In this document: positions 26,282 to 35,582 of the stretch, one piece after another
Position numbering within the stretch: position 1 is the first letter of the stretch
Layout of the letters: every line of letters begins with the position of its first letter
Source of the DNA: a virus
Taxonomy: Duplodnaviria > Caudoviricetes
Length of the DNA: 64,000 nucleotides
Virus record (IMG/VR): IMGVR_UViG_3300043442_000893
Span: 1 to 64,000 of that record
Direction: 5' to 3' (one strand)
Notes under the pieces: model-generated
Told to the model about the DNA's origin: nothing
Seen by the model: only the letters and a program-made list of their open reading frames with translations
Databases searched by the model: none
Program-made: the position numbers and the translations under genes

Positions 26282-26998
26282 ATGCAGATTTCACAAATCT
26301 TTCTTTCTACTGACCCAGCAGAAGAGCTGAGTCCATTTCTCAAGCATGCCACGGGAACTATTGACGCATGCTTCCCCGATGCTGAACATGTCATTTACAA
26401 CAGCGATACGCTTCGTTCTTTCATCGTCGAAAACTATGAAGAAGAAGTGGTGTGGGCATATGATTGCCTGACACCATTCTCTTACAAGGCGGATCTTGGT
26501 CGATTCTGCTTGCTGAATAAGCTTGGCGGCTGGTATTTTGACATTGGCGTGAGAGCCTTCAATGCAGTGGACCTTGGCGATCGCATTGAATTCTTGGCTT
26601 TTCGTGATATTCAACGCTTTAGCTATACAAGCTGGGCCTGTGCCACGACGGTGCTCTATTCCAAGCCAAACAATGCAGCGCTGCAATCTGCCATTGAAAT
26701 GATTGTGGCCAATTGCATTGAGCAATACTATGGCATCACGCCATTGTGTCCCACTGGTCCAACGCTTTTAGGCAAGGCGCTTGCTGCAAATGGAAGCCAA
26801 GCTAATTTCATCTACGGCGACTATCTTGAACTGACGCCGACGCATGGACAGAAGAACCGAGCATTCGTGCTTCCTGATGGCACGATCATGGCTTGGAGCA
26901 AGCCTGCAGGAGGCGGCGACCTTACTGGTCTTGGCGCCAAGGGCGTGAACAATTACAACGAGCTGTGGTCTGCGAGGAAAGTCTATGCAACCGTCTGA
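26282..26998 (+). CDS. DXD-motif glycosyltransferase (GT32/Och1-like)
   Basis: KADLGRFCLL..LGGWYFD, TGP.LL. Confidence 0.85.
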   Translation: MQISQIFLSTDPAEELSPFLKHATGTIDACFPDAEHVIYNSDTLRSFIVENYEEEVVWAYDCLTPFSYKADLGRFCLLNKLGGWYFDIGVRAFNAVDLGDRIEFLAFRDIQRFSYTSWACATTVLYSKPNNAALQSAIEMIVANCIEQYYGITPLCPTGPTLLGKALAANGSQANFIYGDYLELTPTHGQKNRAFVLPDGTIMAWSKPAGGGDLTGLGAKGVNNYNELWSARKVYATV

Positions 26999-27701
26999 CT
27001 GCACCATTTATGCCGTGTGCATTCCAGGTGAGAAAGTGAGGTATGAGGCCCGCTCTCGCATCGTTCCCATCATGGGAGGAGCATATGCCTTGTCTAATGA
27101 GGAGCGTGAAACGCTCCGTGCGCAAGGCTATGTGTTTGACGATGAGAATGCTTCTCTTTCCACTCGTAATAGTCGATGGGGAGAATTGTCCTGTATTTCT
27201 TGGATGATTCTTAATGCAAACGAAAAGAACATTGGCAATGCGCAATACAGGCGCAATTGGCTGGAGCCAAATGATCAATGGTACGACGAAAATACCTTGT
27301 ACTTTCCAGAGCCTGCATTGTTTAATTGCACACTTGAGCAGCAGTTCTATGGTGGACATTCCGCTTTTGACGCCCCTGCTATCACCAGAGAAATTGCAGA
27401 CTCGGGAAGCTGGATTTTTTCAAGGGAAGAAATTGATGCCATTTGGAAGCAGAATAGCTTTATCGGCTGCAACATGGCAAGAGGGAGCAATGTTCAATAC
27501 AAGCAGTTCATGAGCGCACTATTTGTGGCATTGGCGCCCATTTGGCACAAGCATGAAGAACAGTTTCTTCGCATTGGAGGCTATGACAAGCGGGCGCTGG
27601 CTTTTATTGCCGAACGCCTCATTACTGGCATGGTTTTGTATCGCGACAAACTTTTCCCTGGCATGAATATTGCCACCGCTCCTATAGGATTCATCCATTG
27701 A
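26985..27701 (+). CDS. DUF4422-like glycosyltransferase-associated protein
   Basis: N..WGELS...W, IG..QYRR, CNM, R..AFIAERL. Confidence 0.7.
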   Translation: MQPSDCTIYAVCIPGEKVRYEARSRIVPIMGGAYALSNEERETLRAQGYVFDDENASLSTRNSRWGELSCISWMILNANEKNIGNAQYRRNWLEPNDQWYDENTLYFPEPALFNCTLEQQFYGGHSAFDAPAITREIADSGSWIFSREEIDAIWKQNSFIGCNMARGSNVQYKQFMSALFVALAPIWHKHEEQFLRIGGYDKRALAFIAERLITGMVLYRDKLFPGMNIATAPIGFIH

Positions 27702-27727
27702 TTATGCTTAAGAAAAGCATTTAAGCC

Positions 27728-28036
27728 ATGACCAAGAAAGAAAAGCAGGCAAAAATTGCCAAAGTAATGCGCGAATTTAAAGCTGGAAAGCTCAAGGGGA
27801 GTGATAAAAAGCCCGTAACGAATCGGAAGCAGGCAATTGCTATTGCTCTTTCCGAGGCCGGCATGTCGATGAAGGGTAAAAGCGATGCGTACATTGATGC
27901 CTATATTGACACCATGATGTGCATGGAAGTGGAAGAACCGGAAGAAGAGAATGGAATGGAAGAGGAAATGGATGGGAGCTGTGAAAAAAAGCGCCGAGGG
28001 GAGACGCTGAAAGCTTCTCCCCTCCTGCTGCCGTAA
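27728..28036 (+). CDS. DUF6496-like small basic protein (0-frame product)
   Basis: KVMREFKAGKLK......V..RKQAIAIALSEAG. Confidence 0.8.
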   Translation: MTKKEKQAKIAKVMREFKAGKLKGSDKKPVTNRKQAIAIALSEAGMSMKGKSDAYIDAYIDTMMCMEVEEPEEENGMEEEMDGSCEKKRRGETLKASPLLLP

Positions 28037-28344
28037 GGAGCGCTGCCCGTCGTGGCTTAGAACTACGCAAGAAGCACGGTAAAGGCGGCTTGACGACGCA
28101 GGAGGCGGGGAAGCAAGGCATTGGTAGTGGCGTGGCAAGAGCTGGCGATCTTGCTGGCGGCAGTAAAATTAGCTATGCCACCATCAAGCGCATGTCTGCA
28201 TTCTTTTCTCGCCACGAAAAGAACAAAAGCGGAGGAGAGAATGATGCTGGATATATTGCTTGGCTTTTATGGGGAGGCGATGCCGGGAGGGCATGGGCAA
28301 ATCGCATCATTAAGATGGTAGAAAGTCGAAACAAAGATCAATGA
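27985..28344 (+). CDS. -1 frameshift extension of the 27728 ORF (head-associated domain)
   Basis: A_AAA_AAG at 27985-27991 plus 9-bp stem; frame encodes ARRGLELR...TIKRMSAFFSRH...IAWLLWGGDAG. Confidence 0.7.
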   Translation, partial: KKAPRGDAESFSPPAAVRSAARRGLELRKKHGKGGLTTQEAGKQGIGSGVARAGDLAGGSKISYATIKRMSAFFSRHEKNKSGGENDAGYIAWLLWGGDAGRAWANRIIKMVESRNKDQ

Positions 28345-28655
28345 GCGAATACGTGCGCGTTATCGAGCAGGAGGATGAAGGCATTGGTCTAATGCAGGCT
28401 TTGTCCATTCTTTCCGCCAACGAACATCGCAACACTTCACGCTGGGAGCTTGTTGAAAAGCAATGCTTCAAGAATGGCCGTCTCGACGAAACTCACATCT
28501 ATGTGATGAGTGTTTACGACAAGCCTGATCCTCATTTTGATCCAACCAAATTCCTCACTTTTGAAATTGAGGCAATGGCCAAGTCATATATTATGGAAGG
28601 CATTGAGGACCAGTTACGCGACCTTCGCGGTGACGACGACGACGAAGAGGACTAA
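28341..28655 (+). CDS. hypothetical protein
   Basis: 104-aa ORF, ATGA overlap. Confidence 0.7.
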   Translation: MSEYVRVIEQEDEGIGLMQALSILSANEHRNTSRWELVEKQCFKNGRLDETHIYVMSVYDKPDPHFDPTKFLTFEIEAMAKSYIMEGIEDQLRDLRGDDDDEED

Positions 28656-28936
28656 TCACGCTTTGCATTAAGAATGAATGATGGGTAGCCCATCAGCCAC
28701 AACACGCTAATTCCATAGAGTCCACTGAGAGTGCGAATTTGCACGCAGTCAGGAGCAAGCTCAGCGCGTTCCATTCGAGAATAAGAACTCTGACTTGTAT
28801 GCAAAGCTTCTGCTACGTTCTTCTGCGAAAGTCCGCTGTTAAGGCGGGCTTCTTTAATGCGAGAAGCAATGAGAAGACGAGCTTGCTGATGGGGCATTTT
28901 AAGCACATCGGCATTGCTCTTCTTGAGGAACATCAT
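28652..28936 (-). CDS. XRE-family helix-turn-helix protein
   Basis: RIKEARL..GLSQ..VA..L..SQS.YSR.E. Confidence 0.85.
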   Translation of the reverse strand: MMFLKKSNADVLKMPHQQARLLIASRIKEARLNSGLSQKNVAEALHTSQSSYSRMERAELAPDCVQIRTLSGLYGISVLWLMGYPSFILNAKRD

Positions 28937-28998
28937 TTTCTAGTCAGTTCTGAATAGTTGTTTTTATAATAAACTAAGTTTATTAGTAAAGTGAGTAT

Positions 28999-30192
28999 AT
29001 GAGCACCGCATCTTGTCGCTACGATTTCTCTCCTATTGAGAAATATGAGGTGACGCCTGAAGGCTACCTTCGGGCTTGGGCCTCTATTGCTCGCACTGGC
29101 ATTCAGCTCTACACGGATGCTGATGGCTCAGTGCGTCGTGAATACAGGCCTGAAACAGAGGTGGCGTCTCCCGATAGTCTTGCTTCCTTTGCGGGCAAGG
29201 CAATCACTTCGGAGCATCCTCCCGTCCTTCTCGATGCCGAAAATACTAAAGACTACCAAGTAGGATTTAGCGGCACTGAAGTGGTATACGATAATGGTTT
29301 TGTCAAGGCCGTAATGACAATTACGGACCGAGACACCATTGAACGTATCATGCGCGGCGACGCTCGTGAGGTAAGCGCTGGCTATAGGGTTAATTATGAT
29401 CCTACGCCTGGCGTTACTGATAGCGGTGAGCATTACGATGGCATCCAAAAGGAAATCCTTGGTAATCACATCGCCGTTGTTCGTCGGGGCCGCGCTGGCC
29501 CGCAAGTGAAGCTTCATCTTGATCGTCAAGATGCTGCTGATCCTTCCCTACTTTCCATTGAGGAAAATACAACTATGAGCGCGAAAGTCGTTTTCGACGG
29601 CGCCGAGTTTGAAGTGACGGAGAGCGTTGCTCTTGCGATCACTAAAGAACGCGAAGACGCCAAAATGTCCTACGAGGACATGAAGAAAAAGTACGACGCC
29701 ATGATGTCTGAAGCTTCCAAAATGAAGGAAGAAATGGACGCCATGGAAAAGGAAATGAAGGGCAAGTGCGATTCTGCTGAGGGTCGTGCTGATGCTCTGG
29801 CAGAACAAGTTGAAGAACTGACTGCTGAACTGGCTGCCGCCAAGGAAATCAATCTTGATTCCATGGTGGAAGAGCGTGTGGCTCTCATCGAGAAGGCTAA
29901 GCCTGTTCTTGATGCTGCTTATGCTTTCGCTGGCAAAACTGCCCGTGAAGTGATGGTTGATTCCATCAAAGCAGTACGTGGCGACGAGCTTGATCTTTCT
30001 GAGAAGAGCGACGACTACGTACAGGCAATGTTTGACACCCTTTCTGAGGGTCGCAAAGATTCTGCCACCACTGACGAGCTGCGTAAAGCCGTAGCTTCCA
30101 TTGCTTCTCCCGTTTCTGCACCTTCGTCCTATATGGACATGCTGCAGAATGCTTGGAAGAAGCCCCTTTCCATCTCCAAGGAGGCTAAGTAA
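28999..30192 (+). CDS. prohead protease/scaffold (DUF2213)
   Basis: TPEGYL, ARTG, EVSAGY, NHIAVV..GRAG, coiled-coil C-terminus. Confidence 0.88.
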   Translation: MSTASCRYDFSPIEKYEVTPEGYLRAWASIARTGIQLYTDADGSVRREYRPETEVASPDSLASFAGKAITSEHPPVLLDAENTKDYQVGFSGTEVVYDNGFVKAVMTITDRDTIERIMRGDAREVSAGYRVNYDPTPGVTDSGEHYDGIQKEILGNHIAVVRRGRAGPQVKLHLDRQDAADPSLLSIEENTTMSAKVVFDGAEFEVTESVALAITKEREDAKMSYEDMKKKYDAMMSEASKMKEEMDAMEKEMKGKCDSAEGRADALAEQVEELTAELAAAKEINLDSMVEERVALIEKAKPVLDAAYAFAGKTAREVMVDSIKAVRGDELDLSEKSDDYVQAMFDTLSEGRKDSATTDELRKAVASIASPVSAPSSYMDMLQNAWKKPLSISKEAK

Positions 30193-30194
30193 TT

Positions 30195-30755
30195 ATGGCC
30201 GTAACTTTCTCTGCTTCGGGCACCGCCTCCGCTGGTGGCGTGCAGCAGGCTTATAGCCTGCAGCACAATGCACTGCTGGAAGGCCAACTGTCTGACATCC
30301 GCGACAACACTATCACCACTCGGCTCAACGAGACCGGCGCTGTTATTCCTTTCGGCAATCTTGTCGTTTACAACACTGCTGGTACCGTTGCTAATTCTGC
30401 TACTACCATTTCTGGCGCTTCTGACACTGTGCTGGGCGTTAACGTCCTCACCTATGTTGATGAAACCGCTCTGGATGCAAATAGCCGTCCTGGCGTGAAG
30501 AACCAGCAAGCCATGAACGTGGCCAATGAAGGTGCAGTTGCTGTTTATGTGACTGGCGCTGTTACTCCCGCATCTCCCGTGCGCGTGCTGTATTCCGCTA
30601 GCGGCACTGGCAAGGTTGGTCAGTTCTCCCATGCTTTCGCATCGGGCAAAACTGTTCGCCTCGCAAATGCTCGTTTCCTTACCTCCACCACTGGCAGCGG
30701 TCTCGCTGTTCTGGAGCTGAATGGTCCGAGCTTCACCCTCTCTGCTGATTCTTGA
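30195..30755 (+). CDS. head decoration/cement protein
   Basis: IPFG motif, position between protease and major capsid gene. Confidence 0.75.
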   Translation: MAVTFSASGTASAGGVQQAYSLQHNALLEGQLSDIRDNTITTRLNETGAVIPFGNLVVYNTAGTVANSATTISGASDTVLGVNVLTYVDETALDANSRPGVKNQQAMNVANEGAVAVYVTGAVTPASPVRVLYSASGTGKVGQFSHAFASGKTVRLANARFLTSTTGSGLAVLELNGPSFTLSADS

Positions 30756-30771
30756 TAGGAGGCTCTTAAAA

Positions 30772-31680
30772 ATGTCTGAATTCCGTATGGATGATGCGGG
30801 CCTGTTCCTTGAGCGTCAGCTTGAGTACATTCGCCCCCAAGTCTTTGAAGTGCAGTATGCGGATATTAAATATCCCACTGTGCTGCCCGTCACTGCTGAA
30901 GCTGGTCCTGGCGCCCAGACTTTCACCTATCGCATCATGGACTCCACTGGTGAGTTCCGTCTGATTGCGGACGCTGCTGATGATCTGCCCCGTGCTGACA
31001 TTAGCCAAGTGGAGAAGAGCATCAACATCCGTTCCTTCGGTGGCAGCTTTGGCTACACCGTGCAGGAACTGCGTGCTGCTCAAATGGCCAACATTGCCCT
31101 GGAGCAGCGTCGTGCTGCTGCTGTGCGTCGTGCCTATGAAGAGAAAGTGGAGAGCTTGGCTTTCTTTGGCGAAAGCTCTGTGGGTCTCGCTGGTTTCTTC
31201 AACAACTCCACCGTGGATGTTGTCGCTGCTGACAAGTGGTTTACCACTACCGGCACCACTGCCCAGGAAATGCTGGAGCTGCTGAACTATGGCGTGACTG
31301 CCATCATCAACGGCTCGAAGATGAAGGAGCAGCCCGACACTATTCTGCTGTCCTACGCGGATTACAACAAGATCAGCACCACTCGTAACTCCGATTCTTC
31401 GGACGTGACCGTGCTTGAGTACTTCCTGCGTACCAACCCTTACATCCGCAACGTTGAGCCCATCAACCAGTTGGAAGCTGACAACAGCGTGCTGAACACC
31501 GACCGTATGGTTGTGTACAAGCGTGATCCTGAGAAGGTGCAACTGCACATTCCTCAGCCTCTTGAGCTGTTCCCGCCCCAACAGCGTGGTCTGGAATTCA
31601 TTGTTCCTGCTCATGCCCGCGTGGGTGGCGTTGCCCTGTACTATCCCAAGAGCATGATTTACGTGCAGGCCTCTGCCTGA
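30772..31680 (+). CDS. major capsid protein (DUF2184-type, HK97 fold)
   Basis: FLERQLEYI, DDLP, YTVQEL.AA, RVGGV..YYP. Confidence 0.9.
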   Translation: MSEFRMDDAGLFLERQLEYIRPQVFEVQYADIKYPTVLPVTAEAGPGAQTFTYRIMDSTGEFRLIADAADDLPRADISQVEKSINIRSFGGSFGYTVQELRAAQMANIALEQRRAAAVRRAYEEKVESLAFFGESSVGLAGFFNNSTVDVVAADKWFTTTGTTAQEMLELLNYGVTAIINGSKMKEQPDTILLSYADYNKISTTRNSDSSDVTVLEYFLRTNPYIRNVEPINQLEADNSVLNTDRMVVYKRDPEKVQLHIPQPLELFPPQQRGLEFIVPAHARVGGVALYYPKSMIYVQASA

Positions 31681-31737
31681 GGATAGTTAATCAAGAAGAG
31701 GGGCGTTAAGCTATTAGCAATTGTTTTTTCTTGAACA

Positions 31738-32124
31738 ATGCTGATTGCTTATCGTCCCGAACTTGAAAATCCCCCTCGTGATGCAGGGTTTGGCATTATT
31801 ACCAAGAGCGGGCTCATTCAACTGACGCCTGGTCTTAATCAGGAAATCCCTGATGAAAAATGGAAGGAAGCGAAGGAGAACGGCACTGTTAAAAAGCTTC
31901 TTGCTATTGGTGCCATTGAAGAAATGAAAGAACAAGTGATGGTAGAAGACCTACCTGAAAATGTTCAAAGCCTTAGCGAACTTCCCCTTACGCAAGCCAT
32001 TCGCGCCATTGAACTCATCCATGATCCAGATCGTCTGGCAGACTGGAAGAAGATCGAAGGGCGCATTCGCGTAAGGAATGCCATTGCAAAGCGCGTTGAA
32101 GCCATTCGCATTGGGAAAGCCTGA
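31738..32124 (+). CDS. hypothetical virion-module protein
   Basis: L.PGLN motif, position after capsid gene. Confidence 0.7.
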   Translation: MLIAYRPELENPPRDAGFGIITKSGLIQLTPGLNQEIPDEKWKEAKENGTVKKLLAIGAIEEMKEQVMVEDLPENVQSLSELPLTQAIRAIELIHDPDRLADWKKIEGRIRVRNAIAKRVEAIRIGKA

Positions 32125-32126
32125 TT

Positions 32127-32438
32127 ATGTCAGTTACCTACGCAAGCTTTCTTGAGCGCTTCCCTGAATTTAGTCCACATCCTTCTGGCATTGTCAATGG
32201 TGCCATTGCAGAAGCTTCTTACGATGCTTCTAGTGATGTGTTTGGGGATCAAACTGATAGAGCAGTCAAATTCCTTGCTGCTCATATCATTGCCATTCAA
32301 CTTGCTCAAATGGGCATTCAAATTGGTGCCACTGACGGCAAGGTATATGGTGATGGGCTTGATGCCACTCAATATGGTCAGGAGTTTAAACGAATGACCA
32401 ACAATCTTCCTCTTTCTTCTGTCGGGTTTGTGGTGTGA
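32127..32438 (+). CDS. head-tail adaptor (DUF4054-like)
   Basis: F.ERFPEF, AAH, TQYGQEF. Confidence 0.8.
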   Translation: MSVTYASFLERFPEFSPHPSGIVNGAIAEASYDASSDVFGDQTDRAVKFLAAHIIAIQLAQMGIQIGATDGKVYGDGLDATQYGQEFKRMTNNLPLSSVGFVV

Positions 32439-32824
32439 GTAATTTCCTGGAGCCACTTGCAAATGCCACTTTGGTGTTTAATGTGGCTTCGGGCTACGCT
32501 CTCGATAGTGAAACTGGCAACTATGTGCCAGTTTCTTCTGGCGTGACGTTTTACGCCACACTCAAGCAAAAGCAAAATCCACGATACGACCAACTACTGG
32601 GGGCTGATCTGACTGCCGTCTACATGGAAGGCAGGATGACCAGTCCTCTTACTTTGTCTGGCGTAACCGTTGGCGATTCCGCTAAGGCAACGATTAATGG
32701 AAGGGAAGGAAGGTTTGAGCTATTGCCGAATGAACAAATTGCTATTCACTATTGGCAATTCTTAGGCACGCCAGTCAGGGGAATTTTTAGACTGATTGGC
32801 AAAGGAAGCGTGGACAACGCTTAA
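32435..32824 (+). CDS. head-closure-like protein
   Basis: Position and size. Confidence 0.6.
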   Translation: MSNFLEPLANATLVFNVASGYALDSETGNYVPVSSGVTFYATLKQKQNPRYDQLLGADLTAVYMEGRMTSPLTLSGVTVGDSAKATINGREGRFELLPNEQIAIHYWQFLGTPVRGIFRLIGKGSVDNA

Positions 32825-32851
32825 TTCTCTTCTCCCATTGAGGAATTTCTC

Positions 32852-33430
32852 ATGCTCTACCATCCCACTGAGCTAGTGAAGAGCCAGGACGTGATTGTCC
32901 GCGTGGGCTCCATTGGCGGTACTTCTCGTCCTGTTATCACTCAAAGCGGCGCTACTTTTACTGTTAGCGGCGCTCCCACTCTCTACACTCTGCAAGCAGC
33001 TACCACTGCTTCTGTTGCCTTCAACGATGGCAACCAAGAATTCTACCTGCTGGGTGGCGGCGGTTTCGCTGATAGCGTGATCACTACCAGCCAAGCTACT
33101 GCTTCGATCACTTCCTACTTCCAGAAGGATGTTGACGGCACCGTATTCCTGCCGAACAGCTTTGATGAAGCTTTCCAAGTGGTAAGCGCTAGCCGTTACG
33201 ACAAGAACCACGAAGTGTATGTGGAAATCAACAAGCAGCTTGGCGCTTCGGGCAACACTTACTATTACGATCGCGTGGCATTTGTTGCTTGCGTGATGAA
33301 CTACAACGAGAGCTATCCTGCTGATAACCTCGTGGAAGTGACATTTGATCTGACCAGCCGTGGCCGCATTGGTATTCACCAGAATGCTTCCGAAACTGGC
33401 AGCATCATCCCCACCGCTCCTAATTCCTGA
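32852..33430 (+). CDS. major tail tube protein
   Basis: Beta-rich, E.TF.L..RG terminus, followed by terminator. Confidence 0.7.
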   Translation: MLYHPTELVKSQDVIVRVGSIGGTSRPVITQSGATFTVSGAPTLYTLQAATTASVAFNDGNQEFYLLGGGGFADSVITTSQATASITSYFQKDVDGTVFLPNSFDEAFQVVSASRYDKNHEVYVEINKQLGASGNTYYYDRVAFVACVMNYNESYPADNLVEVTFDLTSRGRIGIHQNASETGSIIPTAPNS

Positions 33431-33480
33431 TTCTTTTATTGAATCTTCGCTAGCCTGTTCCTACGGGAACAGGCTTTTTA

Positions 33481-33891
33481 ATGAACATTTCACAACTGCG
33501 CGAGACAGTTACTGAGCTGCTTTCTGCATCGCCTAATCTTATTGGCACTTATACATTGCCAAATAATTCAACGCTTCCTGCTGTGTATGTAGTGGGCAGG
33601 CAAAGCGTGCCAAAGGAATGGAAAGTGAAAGGGCTAGAAGTGACCATGCGAGAATTTCCGAATCGACTGCCTCGCGCCATGGTAGGAATGGTGCAAGTTA
33701 ATCAATTGTGGGAGGTGAGACTGGCCCAGTTTACGCCAAGCAGTGCCACGTTAAACGAAGCAATGGAAAGAATGGTTAGGAGATTTCCTGATTGCACTCC
33801 GTCATATTTTCCTGGCGATGATATTGCCTACGAGCAATGCAAATTTATCATTCCTGATCGTATTGTTAAACAATTGTATCCAGCAGGCTAA
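33481..33891 (+). CDS. tail terminator-like protein
   Basis: Position; LPAVYV. Confidence 0.55.
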   Translation: MNISQLRETVTELLSASPNLIGTYTLPNNSTLPAVYVVGRQSVPKEWKVKGLEVTMREFPNRLPRAMVGMVQVNQLWEVRLAQFTPSSATLNEAMERMVRRFPDCTPSYFPGDDIAYEQCKFIIPDRIVKQLYPAG

Positions 33892-34352
33892 TGTCGGCAA
33901 TTATCACTGGCGGAACAGTTATTAATGCCAAGCTTTTAGAAGCAAAGTTGGCTAAAGCTTTTGAAACTTGGACACGTTTTGACGTGAATGATCACTTTCG
34001 TGATCAATTCTTTGAGGAAAAATGGGATTACGGCAGGGATACGAAGAGGAAGAATGGAGACTTTGTCAATGCAGGTGTTCGTGATATTTATGATCTTGGC
34101 GATCTTTACAAGAGTGGAAGAGATAGCTTTGATGTGTCTTTATCTTCATCTGGCGCTCAAGCCACTTGGAATTGGGACGCCACTAATAGCAGTGGGCAGC
34201 CTTATGCTCGATACGTACACGACGCATTGAGAGGAACGAACGTGCCATTTGCCAGACCATGGACTCAAGATGTTGCCATTCCAAGCCGATTTGAACAAAG
34301 CGCTATTAAGCAGCAGCTTTTACAACGCATTCGTTCTGCGATGGGACGATGA
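33891..34352 (+). CDS. tail completion (HK97 gp10-like) protein
   Basis: D.G.L..S, YA.YVH, ARPW. Confidence 0.7.
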   Translation: MSAIITGGTVINAKLLEAKLAKAFETWTRFDVNDHFRDQFFEEKWDYGRDTKRKNGDFVNAGVRDIYDLGDLYKSGRDSFDVSLSSSGAQATWNWDATNSSGQPYARYVHDALRGTNVPFARPWTQDVAIPSRFEQSAIKQQLLQRIRSAMGR

Positions 34353-34612
34353 AAATCGACTATTTATGGAGCGCTGACAATACAGTGCATGCCATTAATT
34401 GCTTAATTGATGGCGCTGCTTTAGAAGTGGGCATCCTTTGTCTTGTTTCTTGCAGAGAAACGACCATTAGAATAAGCAACGAAAATCATTCAATGCTGAT
34501 TGAAGTGCCACCAGAATTTCGCTCTTCTCACGAGCGAGTGAAGGTGTTCAACGCATTGTTAAACATTCTCGATCATGAGCAAATACAGCTTCCTAGTTCA
34601 AACCAAGACTGA
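34349..34612 (+). CDS. hypothetical protein
   Basis: 87-aa ORF. Confidence 0.55.
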   Translation: MKIDYLWSADNTVHAINCLIDGAALEVGILCLVSCRETTIRISNENHSMLIEVPPEFRSSHERVKVFNALLNILDHEQIQLPSSNQD

Positions 34613-35108
34613 AGGCTATTTCGAGCTGCTGCCCGAAATCCGCCTGAAGAAATATGGCAGTTGGCTTGTCACTGAATCCATTGAACAGGAGGAGATCAGC
34701 AAGCTGCAAAGCCAAGCTACCATTCGTGCCGTTCAGCTCGCAAAGCGCATTGCTGCTTCGCGTGAGATTCCTCTAGATGAGGCTTTTGCGCTGCTGCAGG
34801 GCGGTGGCTCCATTTCAGAAGCCGAGCTGCTCTCTGAGTTCACAGAGGAGACACTGAGCATGATCACCAGCGGATCGTCAGTAGAAGCCACTAATGCTCG
34901 CATGGTTACGGCCTTCATTCGCTCTCGTGGGCAGGGTCTCATTGATGGCGAATGGCAGGATCTTGGCGACTGGGAGATTGAAGACACCAAGAATCTTCCG
35001 CGTAAAGCCATTGCAAAAGTGGTTGAGTTTATTGCTGAAGAGCAAAATGCCGAGACGCAGGAGGTTGCAGAAGCAAAAAAGGCGACAAAGAGGAATTCTC
35101 CTCAATAG
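34575..35108 (+). CDS. tail assembly chaperone (G)
   Basis: Precedes tape measure; slippery site near 3' end. Confidence 0.75.
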   Translation: MSKYSFLVQTKTEGYFELLPEIRLKKYGSWLVTESIEQEEISKLQSQATIRAVQLAKRIAASREIPLDEAFALLQGGGSISEAELLSEFTEETLSMITSGSSVEATNARMVTAFIRSRGQGLIDGEWQDLGDWEIEDTKNLPRKAIAKVVEFIAEEQNAETQEVAEAKKATKRNSPQ

Positions 35109-35548
35109 CAGAAAAGCTTGAAGCACGGGCTAGGCAACAGCTTAAGAGCCTGACAGATTGGAACGAAATCTATTTCAGGCTCTCAGCTTCCGACTTCAAG
35201 GACGAGCGATGGAGTGCCAAAAAATTTGGCCTCCAGAAGCTTGACGACGTTAAGCGTGCCTTGAAATATCTTGATCGCCATGACATTGCAAAATACAATG
35301 TTGCGAGTGTTGCCGTAGCCAAGCTTGGCACTATGGCAGCAGGGATGATGGCGGGAAGAAAGAGCAAAGTGAAGCCTGAGGATTTCTTGCCGTTTGATAC
35401 CAAGCAGCTCAAGAAAGAAGATGGCGTTACGGATGCAAGCTTGATTGTTCTACAGCGCTTGATGAAGACGAGAAGAATGGACGGGCGCGTTATTGCACTG
35501 CTTGCCGATGAGATGAAAGCTTTTGCTGGACGTAATCAAGAGCAATGA
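35075..35548 (+). CDS. tail assembly chaperone GT extension via -1 frameshift
   Basis: A_AAA_AAG at 35075-35081; -1 frame open to 35548. Confidence 0.75.
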   Translation, partial: KKGDKEEFSSIAEKLEARARQQLKSLTDWNEIYFRLSASDFKDERWSAKKFGLQKLDDVKRALKYLDRHDIAKYNVASVAVAKLGTMAAGMMAGRKSKVKPEDFLPFDTKQLKKEDGVTDASLIVLQRLMKTRRMDGRVIALLADEMKAFAGRNQEQ

Positions 35549-35582
35549 TTATAGAATGAAGGGAAAGTAAGCGAAAATTAAA

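Noticed and set aside
30129-31614. Long antisense ORFs over the decoration and capsid genes
   Set aside because: Shadow ORFs caused by codon bias of highly expressed genes.
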